DNA of 64,000 nucleotides, from contig OX597822.1 in NCBI GenBank assembly GCA_951406725.2, positions 10,416,001 to 10,480,000 on the forward strand. Reading direction: 5' to 3'. Numbering within the stretch: the stretch's first letter is position 1; the number at the start of each line of letters is the position of its first letter. Shown here in pieces: positions 29,986-42,370 of this stretch. A program made the position numbers and the translations under genes. The notes under the pieces were generated by a model. That model was given only the letters and a program-made list of their open reading frames with translations, was not told the DNA's origin and ran no database searches. This DNA comes from Octopus vulgaris (taxonomy: Eukaryota).

Positions 29986-30125
29986 ATACATATGAAAACA
30001 TATATATGTGTGTGTGTGTATGTATGTATGTATGTATGTGTATATATAAGAAATGTTGGCATGTATGTATAGAATGTTATATTCAAATTTATTTCTTCTA
30101 TACCTGTTTGGATTAGTAAATTAGG

Positions 30126-30169
<44 letters not shown>

Positions 30170-30372
30170 TATAAATACATACATACATGCATACAAACAT
30201 ACATACATACAAGCCTTTTAAATAGTTTATATTCAAAGACTTAACAGATTTCCCAGAGTTTTCTGATTTTCCACAGACGCCAGTGTCTATTAGTGGTTAT
30301 GGCTCAACTCTCTTGCTTGTATGGGCGTGTGTGTGTCTCTCCCTCTATCTATCTATTTATCTATCTATATAC

Positions 30373-30480
<108 letters not shown>

Positions 30481-31027
30481 TAGAAGAAATGAGGTACTCA
30501 GAAAATCTTCTAATATAAAATACCTGTACATCATCTCCAAACCTTCCAATATATATTTATATATATATATATGTGTGTGTGTGAGTCTACACATATGTGT
30601 TCATGCATGCATAGCTATATGTTTGTGCATGTTTTCCTGTGCGTGAATTTGCGTATATATTCATGACTTTCTACGTACGTTTACTTTTTTTCTGAAATAT
30701 TATTTACTTAACCTATGTAAAATCTAATATGTTTATTTCGGACTTAACATATTTCTATTGTATACACAGATAGACGGACATGTACGTATTTATGTAATAC
30801 ACACGGACACATTCGCACACACAAGCACACACGCGCATACACACACACACACACACGCACGCACGCTCACGTACATTCTATCACATATACACATGCATAT
30901 ATATCAACCAATGTATACAAACAAAGACGCAGTTCTCTCTCTCTGTCTCTCTCTCTCTCAGTCTCTCTACGTATGTATATATATTTATATATATATATAC
31001 ACACACATACATATTGATATATATATA

Positions 31028-31423
31028 CTAGCAGTATCGCCCGACGTTGCTCGGGTTTGTAACGGAAATAACTATATAAGCATTTTTAGAGATTTATAGC
31101 CCAAAAATAGCAAAAAAATGCATTAAAAATGGAAAAAAAATGCTGGTACATTTTTTTAAAAATCGTTGACTCATCGTAGACATTTTTAGAGAGTTACTTC
31201 CCTTATATAATAGCGAAAAAATGCATTAAAATGAAAAAAAATGATGGTAATTTTTTTTAAATCGTAGACTCATCGTAGACGCGCGCTAATACCCAGAAGG
31301 GCTCGATATGAATCACGACTATAAGATACCCGGTTTTGGTTAAACTGCACCGCAAAATGTGGGAGTAGTTAGGAATCTAAATCGTAGGGGACAGACACAC
31401 AACTTCTCTTTTATATATAAAGA
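31028..31423 (-). mobile_element. Non-autonomous Helitron with ~100-bp internal duplication
   Basis: Same TC...hairpin-CTAG termini and A/T insertion as the 14275 copy; catttttagaga...catcgtaga unit occurs twice. Confidence 0.8.
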
Positions 31424-31495
31424 TATATACATATATATACATATATACATACGTATTTATATTTTTATATATATGTACATATACACTTACATATA

Positions 31496-31605
<110 letters not shown>

Positions 31606-31608
31606 CAC

Positions 31609-31688
<80 letters not shown>

Positions 31689-31734
31689 TATGCATATATA
31701 TATATATGTATGTATATATATATATATATATAAA

Positions 31735-31938
31735 GTTAATCCAAACAAGAAAGCACAAAGAAACACAAAACGCGAAGGACGTGGAACAAATATAGTATTA
31801 TTGGACGCTCAGGAAAGAAGGAAAGAACGAGGGTTTAACGTTTCGACGGAGCTCTTCGTCGGAAACACGGGAGACGGAAAGATCCAGAGAAGGGAAGACA
31901 GACGAAAAAAATCGCCAACGGTACATACGCGGTCGCAT
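31735..31938 (-). mobile_element. Short hammerhead-like-motif element (subfamily 1)
   Basis: Same ends as the 35015 and 39595 copies; motif at 31833-31866 with a 1-nt deletion in stem II; (TA)n at the 3' end. Confidence 0.7.
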
Positions 31939-32021
31939 ACATATAGCAGATAGGGGCATGACGAGATACAAGTTTACATATATATTGAGAGAGAGAGAGT
32001 AAGAACAAGTGAGAAAGTTAC

Positions 32022-32027
<6 letters not shown>

Positions 32028-32116
<89 letters not shown>
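32028..32116. repeat. (GA)n microsatellite
   Basis: Direct reading. Confidence 0.97.
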
Positions 32117-32119
<3 letters not shown>

Positions 32120-32193
32120 TGATAAATTTATATATAGAATGATAGTTAAGCACACGTACATTTATACATGCTAACTTACATACAAATAAAATC

Positions 32194-32432
32194 GTGCTCC
32201 GTCGGTTACGACGACGAGTGTTCTAGTTGATATGATCAAGCGAAGAGCCGGCTCGTGAAAGTGGCTCAGCAGTCCACACGCACGTGTAAGCTTAACGTTG
32301 TTCTTTCTCATGGAGATTCAGCGTAACACAGCGTGTGATAAGGCTGGGCCTTTGAAATACGGGTACATCTCAATTTTGCCAGCTGTGTGGACTGGGGTAA
32401 CGTGAAGTAAATTGTCTTGCTCACGGATACAA
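32194..32432 (-). mobile_element. SINE family B/D, partial
   Basis: gtgctccgtcggttacgacgacgag tail plus cgtgaagtaaattgtcttgctc (CORE-like, reverse). Confidence 0.75.
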
Positions 32433-32684
32433 TAGTAAACCTAAACATTGAGCCAGGCATCTTCATTCAATATGCACACACATGAACTTTCACTAAACAC
32501 ACACACATACACATACAGACACACAGACACACACACTCACACTCTTTCTCTCACACACATGCACCACACATATACACGTACACACACACGCACACTCATA
32601 CGCGTGCGCGTACACACATAGCGTCACCAACAACATAAACGACAACAGTATAATTGCTGCAAAAGCCAAAGTGATAAATATTAT

Positions 32685-33291
32685 TTTCTTCACAAGGCCC
32701 GAAAATTTTGGGGAAGGTGGCCAGTCGATTAAATCGAGCCCAGTACGCAACTGGTACTTAATTTATCGACCCCGAAACGATAAAAGGCAAAATGTAACTC
32801 GACAAAATTTGAACTCAGAAAATAAAGACAGACGAAATACCGCTCAGCATTTCGTCCGGCATACTAACGTTTCTTAATTCTTTATTACCCACAAGGGGCT
32901 AAACATAGAGGGGACAAACAAAGACAGACAAAGTGATTAAATCGATTACATCGACCCAGTGCGTAACTGGTACTTAATTTATCGACCCCGAAAGGAAGAA
33001 AGACAAAATCGACCTCGGCGGAATTTGAACTCAGAAAGTAAAGACAGACGATATACCTATTTCATTACTACCCACAAGGGGCTAAACACAAAGCGGACAA
33101 ACAAGGGCAAACAAACGGATTAAGTCGATTACATCGACCCCAGTGCGTAACTGGTACTTATTTAATCGACCCCGAAAGGATGATAGGCAAAGTTCACCTT
33201 GGCAGAATTTGAACTCAGATCGTAGCGACAGCCGAAATACGGCTGCGCATTTCGCCCGGCAAGCTAAAGGATTCTGCCAGCTCGCCGCCTT
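32685..33291 (-). mobile_element. SINE family A trimer
   Basis: Three consecutive bodies (actggtacttaatttatcgaccccgaaa-like, x3); head gccagctcgccgcc at 33290. Confidence 0.88.
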
Positions 33292-33869
33292 CAAAGTGAT
33301 AAATACTAGTGGAGAACTGTAACATCTATGACAACAATAACAATACGAGAGATATTTACAACCATCATATTCTCCTCAGGGGACAAGGATTATGCAAATT
33401 AAGCGATTTCTCTATAGAAGGCAAAGCTACAGCAAAGTTAATCTTATCTGGTACTACTATATTTTGTATTTATTCTTGACAGGTGTAAATTATAATATTA
33501 ATTATGATACTAACCAACCCATATACAGCTATACTCATGTGTAAATATCCAACCAAAAACAGGCGCTTATACACAGAGACAGACCCTGCGGCCAGTCTAG
33601 CATATGTACATGCGTGTACGTGTCTCTGTGTTCATTCATATGTATTATATGTGTGTGTATGTGTGTATATACACACACAAACTCAAACACACACACACAA
33701 ACTCACATATATATGAAGTTGCGTAGCAAGATACCTGATGTAAAACTGTGTGCTAAAAGAGATATTGTTATATTTCGGGATAATCATTTTACCTTTTTTT
33801 CCAAATAGTGCGTGCGTTTATTTGGCAAAAAGAAAAAACCTTCCCGAACTATCGAACGAAATATAACAA

Positions 33870-34003
33870 TATATATCAGCCGAAATTGCGAAGATGATCC
33901 GGTTCTTGACTGAAGATTGAAGGCTTCGAATGTCCCGTCCGTGTTTTTTGTATCGTCTTCTAAATGTTTCATATTCTTGTCCCAGTTTGTATTTTTTTAC
34001 ATT
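33870..34003 (+). mobile_element. Fragment of the 16022-16260 family
   Basis: gaaattgcgaagatgatccggttcttgactgaaga...cttcgaatg..cgtcc...ttcttgtcccagtttgta, followed by (CA)/(TA)n. Confidence 0.55.
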
Positions 34004-34004
34004 T

Positions 34005-34056
<52 letters not shown>

Positions 34057-35014
34057 GAATATGTGTGTGTGTGTATGTATGTATATATACATATATATAC
34101 CCATATACGTACTCGGACACACACATATACATATGATATGTGTGTGTGTATATATATTTATATGTGTGTTTCTGTGTGTTTTGCGTGTATATATATATAT
34201 ATGTATGATGGATGTGAATGTGTATATATGTGTGTATTTATATATATACATATACACACATATACAGACACACATGTATATATATACATTCACATACACA
34301 CATATACATGCATATATACATATGTATCAATGTATGTACGTATGTGTGTGTGTTCTGTTTCGAGAAGATGAAATTGTGCAATATGTGCACATGCATATCT
34401 AGATGTGTGCGAATACTGTTCTTGTGTGTATAGTGCACATGCATTAGATTTTAAAGGTAAAAAAGAAAGAAACTCAGAATCTGTTAAGAAACAATGTCCA
34501 TCCATAATCCCCTTGTAATAAAACTCTATTATCATTCACTGGGAAAGCTGAGCAAAATAAAACATTGAAGCTGATATAGTTCAATTATAAATTATTTAAA
34601 CAATTATTTTCTTTTTATCTTCTACTTGACACTAAACAGCATAATGTGTCGTAGTACCAACAAGAGTCATTTCCCTGGATGCCTGATGGGCTACGAACTA
34701 CTGGTTCAGCACTACTTGGTCGCAAAACTTTTCTACTAAAGCCCCGGTCCAACCAAAGTCACCTGATTGAACTCGGTAGATGGAAACGGAAAGAGACCAA
34801 CCTCTGTGTGCATGTATGCGTGCGTGTGTGTGTGTGTGTATCAATATATATATTTAATAATAATATTAGGGAGTGTGGTTCCAAATTTACAGGGAAAAAT
34901 TAGATTTAGTATTAAATCAAATTTCACAGTATAAAAAAATATAATATGAATTAGAGATAAAACCACTATTAGGCAACTCAAACAGTGATAGACATAAACC
35001 AATAATTATCTCGA

Positions 35015-35206
35015 ATGTGACCGCGTGTGTATCGTTGGCGATTTTTTTCTTCTGTCTTCCTTTCTCTGGATCTTTCCTTCTCCTATGTTTCCGACGAAGA
35101 GCTCCGCTCGAAACGTTAAACCCTCCTTCTTTCCTGAGCGTCCAATAATACTATATTTGTTCCACGTCCTCGTGTTGTGTATTTTTGTGCTTTCTTGTTT
35201 GGATTA

Positions 35207-35208
<2 letters not shown>
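35015..35208 (+). mobile_element. Short hammerhead-like-motif element (subfamily 1)
   Basis: atgtgaccgcg start, ggattaac end followed by (TA)n; motif at 35087-35121. Confidence 0.75.
35087..35121 (+). ncRNA. Minimal type I hammerhead ribozyme-like motif
   Basis: gttt-CCGACGA-a-gagc-tcc-gctc-GAA-AC-GT-T-aaac: stem I gttt/aaac, 4-bp stem II, palindromic ACGU in place of stem III; U4C core variant. Confidence 0.55.
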
Positions 35209-35273
<65 letters not shown>

Positions 35274-35326
35274 TGTAGAAAACGTAAGTCCGAAAGAAGA
35301 AGCACACTAAGATATAGAGCAGTATA

Positions 35327-35770
35327 TATTAAAAATGAGGAGGGCGGTTTATGGGATTGCCTTAGGTTTGCCGTCCATAAAGAGTTTAGCCTTAAGGTGT
35401 ATCGATCGTCAAATCTCAAAAACCTGCTGGCCCATGACTTCTTGAAAATATGGAGGGGGAAATGCCCACTACTCAAATGTAACAATTGGGGATTATCTCC
35501 CTTTGCTATTGGCTATCGACTTCCGGCTGTGCCACCATCTCACGGGCTCCAAAATGCTAGCAGGAACCTTCTGAAAGGTAAACATGTAAACAGCAAAGGG
35601 AGATAATCCTCAATTATTACCTTTGAGTAGGGGGGCATATTTCCCTACAAATTCTTAAGAAGTCATGGGCCAACAAGTTTTTGAGATCTGACGATACGCC
35701 ATAAAGCTAAACACTTTATGGACAAGAAACCTAAAATAATCCCATAAACAGGTCTTCCCCGTTCTTAATA
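35327..35770. mobile_element. Unclassified foldback element / long-TIR MITE (arms ~180 bp, spacer ~84 bp)
   Basis: 35327-35507 and 35592-35770 are diverged reverse complements (gtttatgggatt/aatcccataaac, ggcccatgacttctt/aagaagtcatgggcc, ggattatctccctttgct/agcaaagggagataatcc). Confidence 0.8.
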
Positions 35771-36005
35771 CCGAAAATCCTCGAGTATAATCTGCATTTT
35801 TCCCCAAAAATTTAAAGGTCAAAATCCTTAGAGCGTACTATATACAAGGTTAAAAATGAAAAATATTTTCTAAGCAATGTCCAAGTCTCTATTTGCTGTA
35901 CGGCAATGTTTATTCAGACACATTTTGTGATGTCGGGCACGAAAATACCTTTCCCCTGCGTATTATACTCAAGTTCAAGGGCGGACTATACTCGAGGATT
36001 TACGG
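35771..36005. mobile_element. Tc1/mariner-pogo MITE, deletion derivative of the 20641 family in opposite orientation
   Basis: TIRs ccgaaaatcctcgagtata / tatactcgaggatttacgg, TA flanks. Confidence 0.85.
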
Positions 36006-36174
36006 TATATATATATTGTTATTCTACCAATTATATACGCTTTTATTATTTTTTTTGCAACTTAATTATTTCTATTTTATTGTTATTTTAATTTTAATAT
36101 TTCTATTATATGTAATTTTCTAGATGGTCTAATTTAAATGTTCATTTTGAATTGATAAAAGGTAGGTTTTTTTC

Positions 36175-36257
<83 letters not shown>

Positions 36258-37067
36258 TATATTGTGTGAAATTTGATTTAGTATTTCTAAATTGAATTTT
36301 TTTCCCTGTAAGTTTGGATTAATATTTCCTCAAATAATTATATATATAATATATATATATATATCTTCTATGTTTGAAAGTAAAAGTATCCTTTCGATCA
36401 TAGTTAGAATATATTCATAAAATATTTTGGACCTGGGCTGATTTGTCGTTCAGTGAGAATTTACTTCGTCAGCTTTTCTGGGTGGGAGTTGACCTGGTGA
36501 TCTGGTGCTAAACAATGAATCTCTTCTAAACGAGGTCTGCAGGCTTAGCGATGAGATGAGGGCTGAACGACAGCATCTTCGTTCATGTAGGTCTGCTTCA
36601 TCAACACTTCACCACCACCACCTCCATCATCACCAACATCACAACACCACTAACAACAACAGCGGCAATGATAACAACAACAAAAACAAAAACAATGAGA
36701 ATGGCAACTGTAATAGTCAAAGCGTTTAAATGAAGTTAATTAGATCCCATACGTTAATTAGATCCCATACGTTGAAGGTTGACCTAACATGGCGTCGTTA
36801 CAAAAAATTCTGGTGGATAAAATATGTAAAGAGATCATGCAGCAAATCCGTTATTTGAAGAAAGGATGGAATTAGTGTGTGTATGTATGTGTGTGTGTGT
36901 GTGTCTGTGTGTGTGTGAGTGAGTGAGTGTATGTGTATTTCTGTAGTGATGTCTGTGTGTGTATGTGTGTGCTGATCTGTTGCTAATACTGTGAAACAAA
37001 TACTTTATTGGAAGCCTGTAAGTGAGATGATGATTAAACAATTTAGATATACTGCAGAGTGGGTGGA

Positions 37068-37205
37068 GAAGAAGAAGAAGAAGAAGAAGAAGAAGAAGAA
37101 GAAGAAGAAGAAGAAGAAGAAGAAGAAGAAGAAGAAGAAGAAGAAGAAGAAGAAGAAGAAGAAGAAGAAGAAGAAGAAGAAGAAGAAGAAGAAGAAGAAG
37201 AAGAA
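37068..37205. repeat. Pure (GAA)n tract
   Basis: Direct reading; source of the poly-K/E/S/L ORFs. Confidence 0.97.
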
Positions 37206-37761
37206 CCACCACCACCACTAAGGCAGAAGACTACAGCGGTAATTTTAAACCAATCCCTAAACATATCGTTGATAACTGACACAGATTTTAAGATTCGAGA
37301 GAAGCCATATATAACGACATACAGAGTAGAATGAATTGTAAGAAAGAAAAAGGTATTCTTCGTTATATTTGGATCGATTTTCTCAGTGAAACTTGAGCGA
37401 TTTCTGTGTCACGGTTTCGATTCCAAGATATCACCAGAAACAAAGCTTTCACTCGACAAAGTCGCTTCCGTATCGGTAATACCTACAAAACGGGTATATG
37501 CACCACCCAATCTGTATTTCCTTACCATTTTACACCGGTTGGAATAAACACACACACACGTGCGCTCGCCCGCGCGCACACACACACATACACACACACA
37601 CACATACACACACACACACACACGTATATCTGTTAAAAGTAACAAAATGGGATCATTTTCTTAGATAGACGTATCGTGTAGTGTAGTTTTCTATACATAC
37701 ATATGCATATATATATATACATGTACATACACGCTCACACACACATGGGTATATGCGTGTA

Positions 37762-37796
<35 letters not shown>

Positions 37797-37895
37797 GCAT
37801 GGTGGACCAAAAGTAGGTTTACAGCTATCACGTAGGCACTTTAAATTACTTTTAAGACATTTTATTGCAATTAAATTTTCTGTCTTACAAACTGA
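37797..37895. mobile_element. Possible mariner-type MITE end fragment
   Basis: ggtggaccaaaagtaggtttacag after (TA)n resembles mariner TIR style; second TIR not seen. Confidence 0.35.
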
Positions 37896-38135
37896 AAAGG
37901 GAGCTTGAGAAAATTAACTAAATTAGCATAGAATAATGGGTTCAATATTTTTTTTTATAATTAAGATTTAACTGTATTTATATGAATAAGGTACTGGTAT
38001 AAATGCAAAGAAACAAATATTTGTTTCTTTTTATTAGAAGCTTCGAAATGGGTCTTATACGATAGAAATCAGAGCTGTCGATAAAAGAACAGAAACACTG
38101 GGTAAATTACTCTTAGAATAGGAAAATGTGCCAAC

Positions 38136-38209
38136 AAACAGCCATGGGACTCGAACCCATATCCCTGAAACACTCCGGCTGAGTGTTTTATCATGAAGCT
38201 AAACTGCCC
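38136..38209 (-). other. tRNA-like Pol III head (not a functional tRNA)
   Basis: Minus strand gggcagtttagcttcatgat...atgggTTCGAGTcccat-ggctgttt: T-arm/B-box intact, weak acceptor pairing, abnormal 8-bp/5-nt anticodon-position hairpin. Confidence 0.5.
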
Positions 38210-39594
38210 GCTGATAAATTAATCCGCCGAGTTAATCGCTAAATACTTTAGCTTTACAGAACAGCCATGTGTGTATAAATGTGAGCATGCAAATTATTTC
38301 TTTCTTTAATTAAAGACACCGAAATGTGTATTATACGATACAAATAAGAATATGTTATTTTTCTAACGAAGACTTGCTGTTAGAAAAGCAGAAATGCTGG
38401 GTAGAATACCTTTACAAGGCATACATACATAAACGAGAGAGTTCACAAACGAATAAACGTAACGCTCCATATATTTGGTTGGAGTTAAATGTATTGATAT
38501 TTAATAACAATTTATTTAACTCCGAACATCTGATGAGGTAGTCATACCTAACATGCACGAAACTTTATAACTGATCTGCAGCTGAACGAAAGTGCTATTA
38601 AATGTGTAAGTGTAAGCGATTGTGTAAGTGTATGTATGTGTGTGCGTGTGTGCGTGTGTGCGCGTGTGCGTGCGCGTTTGTCAAAGACCAGAACCTATTG
38701 TGTGAGTGTGTCTGTGCATGTACATATGTCAACGACCAGAACCTATAAGCGTTCTGTAAATTCTTTCCAGTTTCGTTTTATATAACAATGCATGGTTTGC
38801 ATGCGTAGCAATGCATGAACGCCATTCCACCTCTTTCATGCTTCATTGAAATCAATGAAGATTTAATCTGTTCTTCTGAGATAAAGGAGTCAAACAACTA
38901 ACGAATGTTTCAAAGAACCTAACATGTTTTCATTTAGTGTTTTATTTACACTATATTTCGATCAGTATATTGTACGGGCATCTTTCTGAACCAGCCCATG
39001 GGGAAATTTGATAATTCATTTATAATCCTCATCACAAAGTGTAATAGCTGGTAAAGAGACCGATATAGTCTTTCAGAAAGTAACTTCTATGGCAACAGTC
39101 GAGAAATCTTCATGTTACAGAAACGAGGTGACTCAGTAGATATTTAATTAGATTCTTAGCTGCCCAGGTCATAATTTCAAATCAGCTTCTGATGTTTTAT
39201 TACGTATCTGGCCACGACATTTTTTCTATTATTCAATAAATCAGTTCAAGTAGTTTATTGAAATCCTCTCATTGAGAGGTCAAAGCTTCGGCACCACGGA
39301 CATGCAATAAGAATATCGCAGGAAAGAATCGCAAAACGGATTCTTCAAGCCAGGCCAACCTGCAGGAGTCCAAGTGGTAGACCAAGAACGAAACTTTAGG
39401 TGATTCGTTATTGCCTGTTTTCAAGTGAAGAATAACCGGTAATTAAGAACTCTCCGAGTATCTTTCAGAATAACATTAACATCAACAATAATAATGGTTT
39501 CTAACTTAGGCACAAGGAAAAGAAAGTCTCCGTGGGGGTAGGTGTTAGTCGATGTCCTAGTGTCCTAAAGGCAAAGATGCATTATATATATATA

Positions 39595-39802
39595 GTTAAT
39601 CCAAACAAGAAAGCACAAAAAAAAAAACACAACAACGCGAGGACGTGGAACAAATATAGTATTATTGGACGCTCAGGAAAGAAGGAAAGAAGGAGGGTTT
39701 AACGTTTCGAGCGGAGCTCTTCGTCGGAAACATAGGAGAAGGAAAGATCCAGAGAAGGGAAGATAGAGGGAAAAAAATCGCCAACGGTACACACGAGATC
39801 AC

Positions 39803-39804
<2 letters not shown>
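39595..39804 (-). mobile_element. Short hammerhead-like-motif element (subfamily 1)
   Basis: Motif 39697-39731 identical to 35087-35121; (TA)n on both sides. Confidence 0.75.
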
Positions 39805-39843
<39 letters not shown>

Positions 39844-39957
39844 GTATATGTATATACATATTGGAACCGCAGATACAATATCCTTACGTATCTCACGTCT
39901 GTTTTCATTCCTCTTCTTCACTCTATATTTCATTGTTTAGAATACATACATACAGAC

Positions 39958-40001
<44 letters not shown>

Positions 40002-40060
40002 GTATATATATATAGATAGATAGATGGATAAACATAGATATACACACACTCATACATACA

Positions 40061-40096
<36 letters not shown>

Positions 40097-40105
40097 TATA
40101 TATAT

Positions 40106-40138
<33 letters not shown>

Positions 40139-40395
40139 CGTACACATATGGGTGAATGTGTGTGTGCATTCATGTATGAATATATATAGGTACTATTTGC
40201 TGTTTAAATATAAGAAGAGCTGCTTCATAGAGGATTTTCTACGATGTCTTTCGTATCCGTAGCTGATGATACGTCAATGATTGAATGACGTCACTCATAT
40301 CGCAGCGGTGTGTTTTCACATGCATTGTCTCTCAGGAGAATTTTCCTATGACCTAAGGAACTCGAACGTGTTATATACAATATATTAAGTGTGTT

Positions 40396-40534
40396 GGCGG
40401 CAGCAGGGGCGCCATGGTAATGAATGTGGCAGCAGTGGCCGCAGCGGGAGCAGGTAAGGTGTCGTCGTCGGCGGCGGTAGTGGTGGCGGTGCTGATGGTG
40501 TTGATAGTGATGGCGATGTCGGTGGTGGTGGTGG

Positions 40535-40572
<38 letters not shown>

Positions 40573-41070
40573 GTGGTGATAACTAGTGGTGGCAATAAAG
40601 ATGGTGTTGGTGGTGGTAGTCGGTGGTTGTGGCGTCAGTGCTGATGGTGGTCGTAATGTTGACTTTGGTAGCGATGAAGATGATGGCGATGGTGGGTTTG
40701 ATGGTAAGAGTGGTGGTAATAGTGATGGCGCTCATGGTACTGAAGATGATGATTGTGATGATGTTGATGATGATGATGGTGATGAATATGGTGCGACGAT
40801 GTTAATATTTTGAATACGTTTGTTGTAATGATGCTGGTCAAAGAAATAGGTGGAGACAGCAATGGTGATGACGACGACGACGACGACAATGATGATGATG
40901 ATGAAGTGGAGGAGGAAGAGGAGGGGAGGAAGTGGAGGAGGAGGAAGTGGTGGAGGAGGGGGTGGTTGTGGATAGTGATATTGGTGATGATGGTGATGAT
41001 GATTATGATGGTGGAAGAGGCGGCGACAGCACAGTGGTGGTGGTGGTGGTGGTGGTTGTGGTGGTGATGC
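40396..41070. repeat. (GGT/GAT/GAG)n low-complexity trinucleotide region
   Basis: Direct reading. Confidence 0.9.
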
Positions 41071-41198
41071 TTAGTGGTATTACTTAGGGTCATTTAAGGT
41101 GATTGTGGTAGTGATAGACACCAGTAAAGTGATTTATCTGAATCAGTGATTGTAGCTCGGTGACAATAAATCAGCGAAAGATATTTTCACCGGACATA

Positions 41199-41408
41199 CT
41201 CTTTACTCTTTACTCTTTTACTTGTTTCAGTCATTTGACTGCGGCCATGCTGGGGTACCGCCTTTAGTCGAGCAAATCGACCCCAGGACTTATTCTACCG
41301 GTCTCTTTTGCCGAACCACTAAGTTATGGGGACGTAAACACACCAGCATCGGTTGTCAAGCAATGCTAGGGGGACAAACACAGACACACAAACATATACA
41401 CACACACA

Positions 41409-41466
<58 letters not shown>

Positions 41467-41627
41467 ACAGACTTCTTTCAGTTTCCATCTACGAAATCCA
41501 CTCACAAGGCATTGGTCGGCCCGGGGCTACAGCAGAAGACACTTGCCCAAGATGCCACGCAGTGGGACTGAACCCGGAACCATGTGGTTGGTTAGCAAGC
41601 TACTTACCACACAGCCACTCCTGCGCC
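41199..41627 (-). mobile_element. SINE family C, full length, young
   Basis: Near-exact reverse complement of 8437-8840; head cacagccactcctgcgcc. Confidence 0.92.
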
Positions 41628-41711
41628 ATATTAACATAGAACAACAACAACAATGACATTGGCACAATTTTGAACTGCATTTGTGGTGCTCTAATAGTAC
41701 AGGTCACAGTG

Positions 41712-41958
41712 AAGGCGCACGACTTACTGGTTAGGGTATTCAGCTCTCGATCGTAAGGTCGTGGGTTCAATTCGCGGTTACACGTTGTATCCTTGTGCAA
41801 GACTCTTTATTTCACGTTGCTCCGGTCCACTCAGCTGGCGAAAAGGGAGTAGTACCTGCGTTTCAAAGGGACCAGCTTTGTCACATTCTGTGTCACGCTG
41901 AAACTCCCTGAGAACTACATTAAGGCTACATTAAGGCATGTCTGCGAATTGTTCAGCC
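41712..41958 (+). mobile_element. SINE family B/D
   Basis: ggcgcacgacttactggttagg...gggttcaattc...ttgtatccttgtgcaagac...tttcaaaggg...ctgtgtcacgctgaa. Confidence 0.8.
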
Positions 41959-42141
41959 GGTACCGGTCACGAGGCATTGATGGAATCCTGAATCGAAGTG
42001 GTGGATTATGGTACCGTAATATGTAAGAGTACAATTTGTAGAGCGGTGGTGGACAAGTGCAGTGTCGTAGTATACGGAAGTAGGGCACAGTTTGTCATGT
42101 ATTCCATTCCTAATCATTTTGTTATGTTCCCCCGCCCCATT

Positions 42142-42370
42142 ATTTCTTTATTGCCCACAAGGGGCTAAATATAGAGGGGACAAACAAGGACAGACAAATG
42201 GATTAAGTCGATTGCATCGACTCCAATGCGTAACTGGTACTTAATTTATCGACCCCGAAAGGATGAAAGGCAAAGTCGCCCTCGGCGGAATTTGAACTCA
42301 CAACGTAACGGCCGACGAAATTCTGCTATGCATTTCGCCCGGCGCGCTAACGTTTCTGCAGCTCGCCACC
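42142..42370 (-). mobile_element. SINE family A, full length
   Basis: Reverse complement of the 2132/4363 copies. Confidence 0.92.

Noticed and set aside
36505-36729. ORF with a helix-like start and His/Asn-rich tail
   Set aside because: In-frame stop at 36490, no convincing acceptor, GTG start, and the tail is degenerate (CAC/AAC)n.
38533-38550. tgaggtagt, let-7-like seed
   Set aside because: Only 9 nt match and no precursor hairpin.
38760-39480. Repeat-free block, possible L1-like remnant (KHERGGMA, minus)
   Set aside because: One short motif only; unsupported.
40263-40295. CTGATGA followed by a hairpin
   Set aside because: No GAAA half, so not a hammerhead.
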